A stretch of DNA of 64,000 nt from Methanocaldococcus sp. 16A (GCA_049860595.1 CP187551.1), one strand, 5' to 3'; shown: positions 31,208-42,375, counted from the stretch's first letter. The notes: generated by a model from the letters alone, not told the origin. Made by a program: numbers and translations.

Positions 31208-32188
31208 TTATTTAAACCATGCATCTAATGTTTTCTGCTTTGTTTTATTTGTAATTAAATTATAGAGTTTATCAACATGCTTTTTAACTCTCTCATAGTT
31301 AAAATCATTTTCATCAACTAAAAATTTAATTATTCCTTCTTTATTAGGCAATTTTAAATTTAATGAATAATCATCAGTAACATTTGGTTTTTTAAATATC
31401 TCTCTAATTTTTTCATAGTTTTCAACTTCTTTTTTCAAAACATCTTTAGCTACTCCACTTCTAACGAGCTCGTAAGCTCTTTTAAATCCAATCCCCTTAA
31501 CACCTCCTGGATTGTAATCAGTTCCCATAAATATGGCTATATCAATCAAATCATCTAAAGAGATACTTAAATCTTCTAAAACCTCATTTAATTCAATGAG
31601 TTCTGGCATCTCCTTTGTTGTTGTTAAATTTCTAACAACCCTTGGTGAACCATACAACAAAGCATCATAATCTTGGCTTACAACTGCCCAAACGTCTCCT
31701 TTCTTTGCCATGTAGCTTGCTTGTGCCTCTCCCTCAGAAGGAGCTTCAACATAAGGGATCCCCATTAAACTTAATAAATATTTGCAATTCTCAACAATTT
31801 TTGGAGTTAAATAACTAACTCTCTTTGCATATTTAGCCGCTTCTTCAAAATTTTCTTTTTTAATTGCCTCTTTCATCTTACTCTCAGCTTTCTCCTTCAT
31901 CTCTCTTCTAAATTTTCTTGTTTTTTCCTTTAACTTTGGTGGCTCGCCATCAAAAACCCAGATTGGTGTTATATCATTTTCTAACAAATGGATAGTTTTA
32001 TAAAAAACCCCATTATAAGCAGAAGTTATCTCTCCCTTTCTATTTCTTAATGGTGAGCCATCTTTTAACCTTATAGAAGTCAAAAATTGATATAAAGCAT
32101 TCATTCCATCAATAGCAACCTTTTTACCTTTTAAATCTTCAAAAGAGATAATTTTTTTTGGTATAAAATCACCAAACTGCACTCCCAT
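31208..32188 (-). CDS. fen: Flap endonuclease 1
   Basis: MGV start, VAIDG.N.LYQF, EGEAQ, SQDYD, GTDY, PIP box QKTLDAWF. Confidence 0.97.
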   Translation of the reverse strand: MGVQFGDFIPKKIISFEDLKGKKVAIDGMNALYQFLTSIRLKDGSPLRNRKGEITSAYNGVFYKTIHLLENDITPIWVFDGEPPKLKEKTRKFRREMKEKAESKMKEAIKKENFEEAAKYAKRVSYLTPKIVENCKYLLSLMGIPYVEAPSEGEAQASYMAKKGDVWAVVSQDYDALLYGSPRVVRNLTTTKEMPELIELNEVLEDLSISLDDLIDIAIFMGTDYNPGGVKGIGFKRAYELVRSGVAKDVLKKEVENYEKIREIFKKPNVTDDYSLNLKLPNKEGIIKFLVDENDFNYERVKKHVDKLYNLITNKTKQKTLDAWFK

Positions 32189-32391
32189 GCTATCCCTCAC
32201 AGTAATCTTAATCATAGTTTATATTTTACTGTTTAATTTACTTAAAAAATTTGAATGTCATTAAAAATTTATTCTTGAAAATCTTTTTATTTAAAAATTA
32301 ATATAAAAATTTAATAAAAATAGCTAAGGGCTTAAATCTTTAAAGTTTTTCCTTCCAAGTCATATCTATATTAATACTTCCTCCCTGGAAT

Positions 32392-35300
32392 TCACCAATG
32401 TTCTGATATATTGCTATAGCTTTCTTCAATGTCTCCTTCAATCTCTAAATAAATCATTTTAAGTTCATCAATGTTTTCTTCACTAGTCTTCCATAATCCT
32501 CTTTGATAAGCTTCCAATAACCTTCTTGCAATCTCTTCTAAGGCATATATGTTGTGTTCTTTAAAGAACTTCCTATTGTTTTCATCTTTTACAAAGGTAT
32601 TAAAGATTTCATCAAATATCCAATTATCAACCTCTTTAGTTGTAGCACTCCAGCCATAAACCCTTCCAATTCTCTTAGCTATATCACCAGCCCCTTTATA
32701 TCCATGTCTCTTCATACCTTCAATCCATTTTGGATTTAGTAATTTCGTTAAAGTAACTCTCTCAATCTCCTCTTTTAACGTTCTTATCTCAACATTATTT
32801 GGATTTCTTGTGTCTCCATAATAGGCTTTAATATCTTTACCTTTTAAAACTTTTGCAGCATTTGTTAAACCTCCATGAGTTCCAAAGTAGCAACAACAGC
32901 CAAATAAGTCATATTCATCAGTAACAACTTTGTTGAATGTTAAATCAACAGTCTTTAATATATTCTCAAAGGCATTAATTGCCTTTTTTCCATAAACTCC
33001 CTTTCCATAGGCATAAGAATTCCAGTGGATGAATGCATCTTTCAAATCTTCATCATTCTCCCATGCACTTGCATATACAGCATATTTAACTCCATTTCCA
33101 TAAGTTCCTGGAGCAGAGCTGAAAATTCTAAATGTTGATTCTCTAAATGATAATCCTTTATTTAAATTCTCAACAACATGTTTCTTTACAAAATTCATCT
33201 CCAATGGCTCATCTAAGTTAGCAACTTTCATTATTGCTTCATCAATAAGCTCTATACAGTTTGGAAACATATCTCTTGTTATAGCACTAACTCTTATAGT
33301 AACATCAATTCTTGGCCTTCCCAATTCTTCTAATGGAATTATCTCTAAACCAACAACCTTTCCTCCTTTATAAACTGGTTTAACTCCTAAAAGGTAGAGT
33401 ATCATTCCCATTCCTTCTCCATCAGCCCACATTATGTCAGAAGCCATCCAATATAGAGCAATATTTTCAGGATATTTATTTTCTTCTTCTAAGTATCTGT
33501 TGATTAATTTCTCAGCTAATAAAACCCCAACTCTGTAGGCAGATTTAGTAGGAACTCTGTATGGGTCTAATGAATAAAAGTTTCTCCCAGTTGGTAGAAT
33601 ATCATAATTTCCTCTTGTTATTAATCCAGAGGGGCCGGGTTCGATATATTTAGCGTCAATACCTCTCAATAAAGAGCCAATTTCATCAGATTTTTCAATT
33701 CTTTGATTTATATCCTTGATTTTTTCTTCTAATTTTTTATCTTCTATACTTTTTCCTTTCAACACATTATAAATTCGTTTCTTTAAATCTTTGTCTTTAT
33801 ATTCAAATTCCAAAATACTCTTTATAAACTCAACTCTCTTCTCTCCACTTGGAAGTTCTCCAAAGATGTGCATTCCATCGTTGCATTTTGAGTTTTTTAT
33901 CATCTCTAAAGTATTTCTTATCTCATCAAATATTTCTTTAAATTTCTCATGTATTTTTCCTTCTTTTTCCAACTTCTTGATTTTTTCTTTTATTTTTAAT
34001 AAATTGGTTTTTTTAACTTCCTCAATTATCAAATGCTCTAACTGATGCCTTCTTGAAGCATCCATCTCTTTTAAATATTCTTCTATATGGCTATTTAGAG
34101 TTTCTAACTCTTCATAAAAGGCATCTGTCATAACTGTTTGCATGTGGTCTATAATGGTTGCATAGCTCCTTCTTTTAGCTATTGTTCCCTCTGGTGGATT
34201 ATCTGAATTGTAAATATATAAGTGAGGAATATCCCCAATGCAAATATCTGGATAACACTCATTAGATAAACCAACATTCTTTCCTGGCAAAAATTCTAAA
34301 GTTCCATGCGTTCCAACATGAACTATAACATCTCCAATATCATTAAAGTATTTATAACTTGCAAGATATTGATGAGTTGGTGGGCAATATGGGTCGTGCA
34401 AAATTTTACAAACTCTTCCATCACATCTTGCCCCTGCACATCCTCTCTTTGGTTGAACACAAACATAGACATTTCCAAACTTTAAACCAGTTATAACTAT
34501 CTTGTTTTTTCCATTTACCTTATAAACCATTCCAGCTGGGATATCTTTTCCTTCTAAATTGCCCCATGTCTCTAAAACCTTATTTTTTACATTTTCTGGC
34601 AGTTTGTTGAAGTATTCATAGTATTCATCTTCATCCATTAAATATAGGTATCCACCCTTAGCAATAATCTCATTCACCGTTGTCCATCTAAACTCTGAAA
34701 TAGCCTTTTTTTGCAAAATTAGTTGAGCTAATTCTTCCCCATTTTTTGGAATATTTTCTACGAGATAGCCCTCATCTTTTAACTTTTTCATAATATTTAC
34801 AACACTCTGAAAACTGTCTAAATGTGCGGCACTACCTACAGTAGCCTCAACAGAAGCACATGCATTATTGTGCAAGATAAATATAACTTTTCTATCTTTT
34901 TTTGGTTTATATTTTAGTTCAATCCATCTCTTTATTCTTCTAATAACTTTTTCTATTCTCTCCTCAATACCAAACTTCTTTTCTAAACCATTTTCATTTT
35001 CAGTAGTTCCAATGATAATTGGCTCTATAACCCCTTCAAACTCAGGTAAGGCAATAGTCCAACCAATATCTGCCGATAAACCCTGCTCATCTTCTTTCCA
35101 ATCTTTATAGCTTTTATAGTAACTCATTATTGGATGAAATACTGGAACATCTAATTTTTTAAGTATCTCAACTCCAGAGATTTTATTTAAATCTCCTCCA
35201 TCTTTTACAGTTCCCAATGGAAATGATAATAAGTTAATTAACGCATCTATTATTGGCATATCATCCTTAAAGAAGTATTTTAAAATGCTTTCTCCCCCTC

Positions 35301-35898
35301 CTAAGGCATTTAGCTCCTCACACTTAGCTCCATAAGAAAATACTGGAATTATGTTAAATTCTTTTTTTAGTTTATCTAACAGCTTATCAATTACATCCAT
35401 ATCCTCATTAACTAAATAATGCCTTGAAAATAAAACTCCAACTGTGTATTTTTTATTAAACTCTATATCTTTCAAAAATTCATCCAATTCATCATAAATC
35501 TTCCCTTTATAGTAAATACCTTGGAGAGGATGCTTTATAACATCTTTATCTTCTCCCATCAAATAAAGAACCATATTTTTAAAGTTATCTAAACCTCCAT
35601 AAGTTGTAAATAAATAACATTTAGCAGATTTTTCAGAATTCCAAAAACTTGGGTCTTGAGCAACAACTAAAACATTTTCATTTAATTTTTTTATTTTCTC
35701 TAAATCAATATCATCTGATGATGTTTTATATATAAAAACTAAATCAGAGTTTTTAACATCTTCTAAAAAGCTATCATCGATAGGATTTCTATTAGAATAT
35801 ATTCTATATTCAATATCAATTCCCTCTTTTTTTAACTCATCCAATGCTTTTTTTAATATTGAGCAGTATGATGCCCACATATAAAATGTGATTTTCAT
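32392..35898 (-). CDS. cobN: CobN/magnesium-chelatase H family cobaltochelatase subunit; last ~20 codons appear frameshifted
   Basis: LPEFEG, QPKRG, HVGTHGTLEFLPGK, AKRRS, LPTGRNFYSLDP, LGRPRIDV, LLNPKWIEGM. Confidence 0.9.
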   Translation of the reverse strand: MKITFYMWASYCSILKKALDELKKEGIDIEYRIYSNRNPIDDSFLEDVKNSDLVFIYKTSSDDIDLEKIKKLNENVLVVAQDPSFWNSEKSAKCYLFTTYGGLDNFKNMVLYLMGEDKDVIKHPLQGIYYKGKIYDELDEFLKDIEFNKKYTVGVLFSRHYLVNEDMDVIDKLLDKLKKEFNIIPVFSYGAKCEELNALGGGESILKYFFKDDMPIIDALINLLSFPLGTVKDGGDLNKISGVEILKKLDVPVFHPIMSYYKSYKDWKEDEQGLSADIGWTIALPEFEGVIEPIIIGTTENENGLEKKFGIEERIEKVIRRIKRWIELKYKPKKDRKVIFILHNNACASVEATVGSAAHLDSFQSVVNIMKKLKDEGYLVENIPKNGEELAQLILQKKAISEFRWTTVNEIIAKGGYLYLMDEDEYYEYFNKLPENVKNKVLETWGNLEGKDIPAGMVYKVNGKNKIVITGLKFGNVYVCVQPKRGCAGARCDGRVCKILHDPYCPPTHQYLASYKYFNDIGDVIVHVGTHGTLEFLPGKNVGLSNECYPDICIGDIPHLYIYNSDNPPEGTIAKRRSYATIIDHMQTVMTDAFYEELETLNSHIEEYLKEMDASRRHQLEHLIIEEVKKTNLLKIKEKIKKLEKEGKIHEKFKEIFDEIRNTLEMIKNSKCNDGMHIFGELPSGEKRVEFIKSILEFEYKDKDLKKRIYNVLKGKSIEDKKLEEKIKDINQRIEKSDEIGSLLRGIDAKYIEPGPSGLITRGNYDILPTGRNFYSLDPYRVPTKSAYRVGVLLAEKLINRYLEEENKYPENIALYWMASDIMWADGEGMGMILYLLGVKPVYKGGKVVGLEIIPLEELGRPRIDVTIRVSAITRDMFPNCIELIDEAIMKVANLDEPLEMNFVKKHVVENLNKGLSFRESTFRIFSSAPGTYGNGVKYAVYASAWENDEDLKDAFIHWNSYAYGKGVYGKKAINAFENILKTVDLTFNKVVTDEYDLFGCCCYFGTHGGLTNAAKVLKGKDIKAYYGDTRNPNNVEIRTLKEEIERVTLTKLLNPKWIEGMKRHGYKGAGDIAKRIGRVYGWSATTKEVDNWIFDEIFNTFVKDENNRKFFKEHNIYALEEIARRLLEAYQRGLWKTSEENIDELKMIYLEIEGDIEESYSNISEHW

Positions 35899-36021
35899 AA
35901 CACCACCATAATAATAAGAGTTTATAATCACTACTATAGTGTTAATTTTTTATAGATTTTATTACTATTTATAATTTATCATTAAAAATCATGATAGATT
36001 TCATAAAAATAAAAAATAGAA

Positions 36022-36870
36022 TTAGCAAATAGAAGCACCTTTATTGTTTGGTTTGGTTAAAATAACTCTTCCATATTTCTTTAATTTCTCTTTTACCTTC
36101 TCAATATTTTCATCTTCAACTATAGCTATATAACTCGGTCCAGTTCCAGATAAGCCAGCCGTTATAGCTCCAGCTTCTAAGGCATCTATAGCTATATTTG
36201 TTGGAAAGTTTAAAGCTGATGCATAAAGAATACCATTCAAAAACAAAGCTTTGAAATAATTTCCATTCATAGCTTCATTAAAGGCAATTTCAACATAATC
36301 CTTTATTAATTTCATTCTATGGACATCAACATTTTTTTCTAAGTTTGGGATTAAAATTAAGACATTTAAATCCTCTGGCATTTTATCTCTTTTTAAGATT
36401 TTTCTTTCTATGTTGTCAGTTATTGTTATTCCTCCATAGTATGAGGCTGTGGCATCATCATAAGCTCCAGTAACCGTTAATTTCTCATCAAAACTTGACT
36501 TTATACCTAAATTTAGTATCAGTTCATCATCTATTTTTTCTCCCAATGCGTCAAATGTCGCTAAAATAACAGCGTTAGATGTAGCTGAACTACTGCTCAA
36601 ACCTGATTTTATAGGAATTTCAGTTTTTGTTTCAACATAGGCAGAGTAATCCAAATTAAAATAATTCAATGTATTTTTAACACATCTAATTATTAAATTT
36701 GGCTTAATATTTGGATTATCTAACACTTTCCCTTCAATTTTATTTTTTCCATCATCTATTAACTTAACTCTTGCATAGACTTTCAAATTTAGCCCAAAGG
36801 CTGAACCTTTACCTGTTGCTATAGCGTTTATTATTGTTCCAGATGCTAACGCATAAGCTTTTCCTTCCAT
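36022..36870 (-). CDS. aroK: Archaeal shikimate kinase (GHMP)
   Basis: [37 protein letters not shown]. Confidence 0.95.
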   Translation of the reverse strand: MEGKAYALASGTIINAIATGKGSAFGLNLKVYARVKLIDDGKNKIEGKVLDNPNIKPNLIIRCVKNTLNYFNLDYSAYVETKTEIPIKSGLSSSSATSNAVILATFDALGEKIDDELILNLGIKSSFDEKLTVTGAYDDATASYYGGITITDNIERKILKRDKMPEDLNVLILIPNLEKNVDVHRMKLIKDYVEIAFNEAMNGNYFKALFLNGILYASALNFPTNIAIDALEAGAITAGLSGTGPSYIAIVEDENIEKVKEKLKKYGRVILTKPNNKGASIC

Positions 36871-36894
36871 TAAAATCAACCTTCAATAAATTGT

Positions 36895-37479
36895 TTAATT
36901 ATTACTCCAATTCCATAAGCCAATTCTATGTTCCTTTGCATTTTTCTCAACTTCTAAGAATTCATTTTTTAACTCAAAATTACTTATATAAACTCTTGCA
37001 TAACCATATTTTAAAAGCTCTTCATTGAAGTTTATCAAATTATTACTATTATTTATAAAGATATAAGCTAAATATCTTCCATATTTGTCTTTTTTTGGAG
37101 CTTCATTATCAAAGACAATAATAACTGTTTTATTTTCTAATTGCTTCTTTGCAAAGTTTTTAGCTTTAATTCCCCAGATTTTTAGATAGGTAATATTTGT
37201 TATTGGTGTTCCATCCAATAAATAATATTCATGAGGATTATTTTTTCTATAAGTTTCTGGTGTGTCAACTCCTAATAACCTAATTTTCCATAATTCTTCA
37301 TTAACATTTACATATACAGTGTCTCCATCAACAACTTTAACAACCTTCCCATAATAATGTTCATGAGTTTGAATAAAATTATTATAATTATAAGAATTAT
37401 CATAGTTAAATCCAATACATCCGCCTAAGAAAACAAAAATAATTAACATTAAAATTATTGGAGATATTTTAAATTTCAT
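36895..37479 (-). CDS. Thermonuclease (SNase family), probable lipoprotein
   Basis: Signal peptide with FLGGC, VVDGDT, RLLGVDTPE, DKYGRYLAY, AKE.RIGLW. Confidence 0.92.
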   Translation of the reverse strand: MKFKISPIILMLIIFVFLGGCIGFNYDNSYNYNNFIQTHEHYYGKVVKVVDGDTVYVNVNEELWKIRLLGVDTPETYRKNNPHEYYLLDGTPITNITYLKIWGIKAKNFAKKQLENKTVIIVFDNEAPKKDKYGRYLAYIFINNSNNLINFNEELLKYGYARVYISNFELKNEFLEVEKNAKEHRIGLWNWSNN

Positions 37480-37506
37480 AATTTCACCAAAATAGTATTT
37501 AGTTGA

Positions 37507-38007
37507 TTAAGTCTTTTTTAAAGCAATGGTTGAGATTATTATTAGAGTTAGAATTATAGCTAATGGAGGAATTGGCGTTTTTGTTGTTGGGTTTGTTGTT
37601 GGAGTGGTTAATATAAATATATTAGTTATTTTATAATAGTTTCCTTTTATATTATTACCCGTTACTTTTAGTTCAAGAACATTATTTCCATTCTTTAAGT
37701 AATTAGTTATGGTTATAGATGCAGTTTTTTTATTAAATGGTGCCGCATTATTGGAGTCATTGATTGTATAAATTAAATTGCCATTTAAATACAAAGAGAC
37801 ATTAAAATTTCCACTAAAACTAAACGTTCCATAATGTTGAAATTTTAAAATATATTCTTGATTTTCAACTTTGTCTATATTAAATGTGATATTATCTACA
37901 TGTTTATTTTTTGTTACTTCTAATTCGCCTGGTATGGGTATTGTTTCTCCATAAACCACACCACACAATAACAAAATCCCTACTAAAAAAATCATTTTTT
38001 TTAGCAT
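37507..38007 (-). CDS. Secreted beta-rich protein with PIP-CTERM-like sorting signal
   Basis: N-terminal signal peptide; Thr-rich linker then KTPIPPL + TM helix + KK. Confidence 0.75.
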   Translation of the reverse strand: MLKKMIFLVGILLLCGVVYGETIPIPGELEVTKNKHVDNITFNIDKVENQEYILKFQHYGTFSFSGNFNVSLYLNGNLIYTINDSNNAAPFNKKTASITITNYLKNGNNVLELKVTGNNIKGNYYKITNIFILTTPTTNPTTKTPIPPLAIILTLIIISTIALKKT

Positions 38008-38111
38008 ATTCTCATCCTAATATCTAAATATGGATTATAACAACATATTCTATTTTGTATCTCCTATTTTAAACTATTTTAAATTATTTAGTACCTAATC
38101 AATTAAATATG

Positions 38112-38867
38112 CTAAATTATTTGATATAACTTACTTGAGGCAATAATAACTATTAGAACAACAACTCTTGTTATTTCATTTGAAGCCCCTAATATATCAC
38201 CATTAACTCCGCCAAAATGCTTTTTAGCTATCTTAGCCATGCATAAACCAATAATTATTGCCGTTATTATAGCTATTATAACTATTTTCCTTTCAATCCC
38301 TTCAAATATTAAAAGTAATGGAAGAGTTAAGATAACACCAATAGTTAAAAACTTTTCATCACTTTTCTTAACGAAATATCTTCCAGTTCCTTCAATTAAT
38401 GGATTACCAAAAGTTGAACAGCTCAACATCCCAAGCTTTGCACAAATCTCTACAACCAATAGATATAAGATAGAAATCTCTAAAATTTGAGATATAGAAG
38501 TAATTGCTAATAAATTAACAAATATTGCGAAAACTAAACCTCCACAACCAATATATCTATCCTTCATAGCCATTAATTTTTTTCTTTTATCTCCTACAGC
38601 CATCCACCCATCTCCAAAATCAATTAAGCCATCAATATGGTGAAAACCGTTTAAATACTCAATAAGAAACAAAATTAAAATAGCGGCTAAAAGATTAGGC
38701 AACAAAAAACTAAAAACATAGCCAAATATTAAACTAAAAATTCCAAACACATAACCAATCAATATAATTAAATAGAAATAATTTGCAATATCTTCAAAAT
38801 TAAAATCTTCTACATAGATAGGAATCCTTGTAAAAAATGATAACAGTGCTTTAAACTCTTTAAGCAT
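38112..38867 (-). CDS. cobS: Adenosylcobinamide-GDP ribazoletransferase
   Basis: [35 protein letters not shown]. Confidence 0.95.
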   Translation of the reverse strand: MLKEFKALLSFFTRIPIYVEDFNFEDIANYFYLIILIGYVFGIFSLIFGYVFSFLLPNLLAAILILFLIEYLNGFHHIDGLIDFGDGWMAVGDKRKKLMAMKDRYIGCGGLVFAIFVNLLAITSISQILEISILYLLVVEICAKLGMLSCSTFGNPLIEGTGRYFVKKSDEKFLTIGVILTLPLLLIFEGIERKIVIIAIITAIIIGLCMAKIAKKHFGGVNGDILGASNEITRVVVLIVIIASSKLYQII

Positions 38868-38877
38868 AGTCTCATCT

Positions 38878-39564
38878 TTAGCTCTTTTTTAATTCTTTAA
38901 CTATGTCTACGAGCTCTTGAAGTGAGTTTATAGTATAATCGCTATAACCGTTATCTTCTATGTCTTTATATTTTCCTTTCAATATTCGAACTGTTATCAT
39001 CCCCAGTTCTTTTGCTGGTTTTATATCTTTATCTACTCTATCTCCAACATATATAGTTTCTTCAGGTTTTAAACCCATTCTACTTAGTCCATATTTAAAA
39101 AACTCTAAATGGGGTTTTCCTAAACCAAACTCCTCTGAAGTAATAACATCATCAAAAAATGGATGTATCCCCAATCTAATAAGTTTTTCCCACTGCTTTA
39201 TAGTTAATCCATCAGTTATTACACCTAACTTCAATCCCATTGCTTTAAGCTCTATCAATGTCTTTATTGTGTGTGGATAGGGTCTTAGTAATGCTACTTT
39301 AACATTATGGTAAGTTATTATTCCAGTGGTTATTATTTTTGGGTCATATCTTCCTAAAACCGCTTTAACTAAGTCATCAAAATGCTTTCCATAGTTTGAA
39401 CCTTTATCCCTAATAATTTTATTTAATATATTCATTGCTTCTTCAAAAGATATATTTAAACCAGCATCTATCATTGATTTAACTGCCTCTCTTCTTGCAA
39501 TTTCTACAAATTCTGATGAATTGTATAAGGTATCGTCCAAATCAAACAAAATTCCCTTTATCAT
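38878..39564 (-). CDS. HAD-family phosphatase (MJ1437-like)
   Basis: [22 protein letters not shown]. Confidence 0.9.
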   Translation of the reverse strand: MIKGILFDLDDTLYNSSEFVEIARREAVKSMIDAGLNISFEEAMNILNKIIRDKGSNYGKHFDDLVKAVLGRYDPKIITTGIITYHNVKVALLRPYPHTIKTLIELKAMGLKLGVITDGLTIKQWEKLIRLGIHPFFDDVITSEEFGLGKPHLEFFKYGLSRMGLKPEETIYVGDRVDKDIKPAKELGMITVRILKGKYKDIEDNGYSDYTINSLQELVDIVKELKKS

Positions 39565-39598
39565 AATGTTTTCCCTTTTGGCATTTTTACATATATTT

Positions 39599-39883
39599 TT
39601 ATGATTTCTTTACCTTCTCTTTAACCATCTGAAACAATCCAACAAAATCATCATCCTCTGTAACTGGAACAACAATTAATCCTAACTTTTTATGTCTCTC
39701 TATCCAACCTTCATCATAAGCAGGAACTTCTATTTTTATTGGTTCATCAGTAGGATTCCCTACTATAACATTTCTGTATGGGAAGGGCTTTACTTCCTCA
39801 TCTTCTTCATAAGGAAATGTTGTCTCTCTAATATATCCACCTAAAGCCATAGTCATTCTTGGTAATAAAACCATCTTTGGCAT
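39599..39883 (-). CDS. ehbP: Energy-converting hydrogenase B subunit P
   Basis: LGGYI.E...FPYRNVIVGNPTDEPIKIEVPAYDE.WIE.H..LGL, recognised from memory. Confidence 0.8.
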   Translation of the reverse strand: MPKMVLLPRMTMALGGYIRETTFPYEEDEEVKPFPYRNVIVGNPTDEPIKIEVPAYDEGWIERHKKLGLIVVPVTEDDDFVGLFQMVKEKVKKS

Positions 39884-40040
39884 CTATATCCCCTTTTTAT
39901 TGCTTACTAAATAGATGGTGTTAATATATTCTTACTTTCTATTAGATTTAAACTTAACTGAAAATAAACAAAATTAACTAAATAAATAATAAATCTAAAA
40001 CCCACTATTGAAAAATAGAACAATAAAAAAAGAGGAAGAA

Positions 40041-40256
<216 letters not shown>

Positions 40257-40398
40257 TTACTTCACCTTTTAGTATCTTTAATAGGTCTTTCTTAAGAAAT
40301 TCAACCTATTATAAATATCAACCTTCTATAATTTTCAATCACCTATATATACTTTTTTAAGGTATCGTAAAAATCACGGTAAAACACACCATTTTTTA

Positions 40399-40508
40399 TA
40401 GTTGTGTGCAAAAGTATCTTAATTGAAATAAGGAATTAAAGAATGCCTTCCTTTTGGAAGGCATTCAAATTGTCCTTATAAAAGCTTATTTTGTTTTGCA
40501 CACAACTA
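40399..40508. mobile_element. 110-bp MITE with 15-bp TIRs and TA target-site duplication
   Basis: TIRs TAGTTGTGTGCAAAA / TTTTGCACACAACTA, TA at 40397-98 and 40509-10, central hairpin GAATGCCTTCC-TTTT-GGAAGGCATTC; removal restores an in-frame gene end. Confidence 0.85.
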
Positions 40509-41148
40509 TAATTGGGCAGTTATCACATAATGGTTTTTTCTTACAAAATTTTTTACAGTGTTCAACAATTAATGCATGATACTCTTTGTATATCTCTAAA
40601 TCTTTTGGTAATGATTTTTCAAATATTTCTTTAATTTCATCGTATTTGGCTTTTTCATTAATTATTCCTAACCTGCTAAACATCCTTTTTGTATATGCAT
40701 CAACAACAAAGCTTTCTCTATCTAAGGCATACAATAAAATGCTATCAGCTGTTTCCTTTCCAACTCCATTTATTGATAACAACTCATTCCTTAAAGTTAA
40801 AGTGTCTTTATCTGTTTTAGCCATTTTTTCAGTGTTTCCATAATTTTCTACAATAAAATTAGTTACATTTTTTAGACGTTTAGCTTTTAAATTATAAAAT
40901 CCAGCAGGTTTTATAAGCTCTTTTAATTTATCTTCATCTATGTTTAGTATTTTTTCTTCTTCCAATAAATTTTCATTTTTTAAGTTATTAATGGCTTTTT
41001 CTACATTTTTCCAGCTTGTATTTTGAGTTAAAACTGCTCCAACAACAATTTCATACCTTGTTTCAGCCGGCCACCAATTTTGATGTCCATAGTAGTTTAA
41101 TAAAGTTTTATAGATTGTATATAATATTTCAAATTTGTTTTCTTTCAT
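40486..41148 (-). CDS. Endonuclease III-like HhH-GPD DNA glycosylase
   Basis: WWPAET, GAVLTQNTSW, GVGKETADSILLYA, VVDAY, C-terminal Cys cluster. Confidence 0.92.
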   Translation of the reverse strand: MKENKFEILYTIYKTLLNYYGHQNWWPAETRYEIVVGAVLTQNTSWKNVEKAINNLKNENLLEEEKILNIDEDKLKELIKPAGFYNLKAKRLKNVTNFIVENYGNTEKMAKTDKDTLTLRNELLSINGVGKETADSILLYALDRESFVVDAYTKRMFSRLGIINEKAKYDEIKEIFEKSLPKDLEIYKEYHALIVEHCKKFCKKKPLCDNCPIIVVCKTK

Positions 41149-41885
41149 TTATCATCCCTTATGATTACAGATTTTCCATTAAATGGATTTGCTCTCAAAC
41201 ATAACGAGTAGAGATATGGGTAGTTATCTTTTAAGTGTATTAAGTAGTTTAACCATTGGACGACCAATAATTTATAAACTCTAATAATATCGTTCTTTAA
41301 GTGGTCTAAATCGCTTTTTGGAAGATTGCTTAAATCTTCCCTTTTATGTAATTCATCTGCTAAATGAAAAACCGCTAATAACAGCTCAGTAAAGTCTTCA
41401 TGCTCCAATAGTAAAGGATTTTCCATCAATCTTAAAAGAAATTCTTTATTTTTTTCTAATAGATTTTTAAGCTCATATAAATCAATTTTCTCTATATCTA
41501 TGTTGCACTCATAATTCTTTAACAATTTTTTAGTATTTTCATACATTTTGTTGTCCCAATCTTCTGATATTTTTAAATAATCTTTTATATTTCCTAAATC
41601 CGCTTTTAAGATTATTTTTAAGAGCTCTTCACCAACACTATTGAAAAAAGAACCAACGACCATATTTAATTTTTCTAACTTTTTCATTTTCTCTCTATGG
41701 TCTAAAATGCTCTCAATAATTAAACTTACAATTAAAACTTCAATAGGAATGAACGCCAAATGTAATAAAAAATAGCTTAATATGTAATCAACTTTTCCAA
41801 AGATTAAAAAATGTATTGAGTAAATCAATATGGACAAAAAAATTAAACAAATACCTATTATTAACATATACCTTTTATCATTCAT
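41145..41885 (-). CDS. Hypothetical membrane protein
   Basis: Two N-terminal TM helices; KLNMVVG.FF, LMENPLLLEHE.FT, YPYLYSL. Confidence 0.8.
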   Translation of the reverse strand: MNDKRYMLIIGICLIFLSILIYSIHFLIFGKVDYILSYFLLHLAFIPIEVLIVSLIIESILDHREKMKKLEKLNMVVGSFFNSVGEELLKIILKADLGNIKDYLKISEDWDNKMYENTKKLLKNYECNIDIEKIDLYELKNLLEKNKEFLLRLMENPLLLEHEDFTELLLAVFHLADELHKREDLSNLPKSDLDHLKNDIIRVYKLLVVQWLNYLIHLKDNYPYLYSLCLRANPFNGKSVIIRDDK

Positions 41886-41886
41886 T

Positions 41887-42375
41887 TTATCCCCTAAAGT
41901 TCCAAATCTTATCCCCTACATAGTGAAGGTTTTTAATAGCTTTTCCTTTATCTGCTTCTTTCATCTCTTTTCCATTCATTAATGCAATTCCTACACATAT
42001 TGGTTTTTTGTGATTCTCATCTACAACAAAAACAATATCTTCCTCTTTAATATTTTCATCTGCCTCAACAATTCCCGGAGCCATTACATCTGCCCCGTTT
42101 ATTAAGAATTTTATAGCACCCATATCAACTACAACTAAATTTTTGTTAGGAAGGGATTTTAATAATAATTTTAATGTAGGAATTACTTTATCATCTTTTT
42201 TAAACGCAATTGGCTCTTTATCAACTAATATTATCTCAAAATCATCAGTTATAGCTATCTCCACATTACTTTTTTTTGGAATTATTTCATCAACATTTTC
42301 AAAAAAATTTTCTAATTCTTTTTTTATTTTTTTGACATCTTTTTTGCTTAAATAGTATCTCTTCTTTATTTCCAA
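41887..42375 (-). CDS. PUA-domain RNA-binding protein (MCT-1/Tma20-like)
   Basis: PTL, VVDMGAIKFLINGADVMAPGI, HYVGD.IW; TTG start after AGGTGA inferred. Confidence 0.9.
   Translation of the reverse strand: MEIKKRYYLSKKDVKKIKKELENFFENVDEIIPKKSNVEIAITDDFEIILVDKEPIAFKKDDKVIPTLKLLLKSLPNKNLVVVDMGAIKFLINGADVMAPGIVEADENIKEEDIVFVVDENHKKPICVGIALMNGKEMKEADKGKAIKNLHYVGDKIWNFRG

Noticed and set aside
32392-32394. cobN TGA as a selenocysteine codon
   Set aside because: Read-through hits TAA after six codons; the plausible continuation is in another frame
11891-39883. Ehb hydrogenase subunits scattered rather than in one operon
   Set aside because: Dispersed ehb genes are already known in Methanococcales
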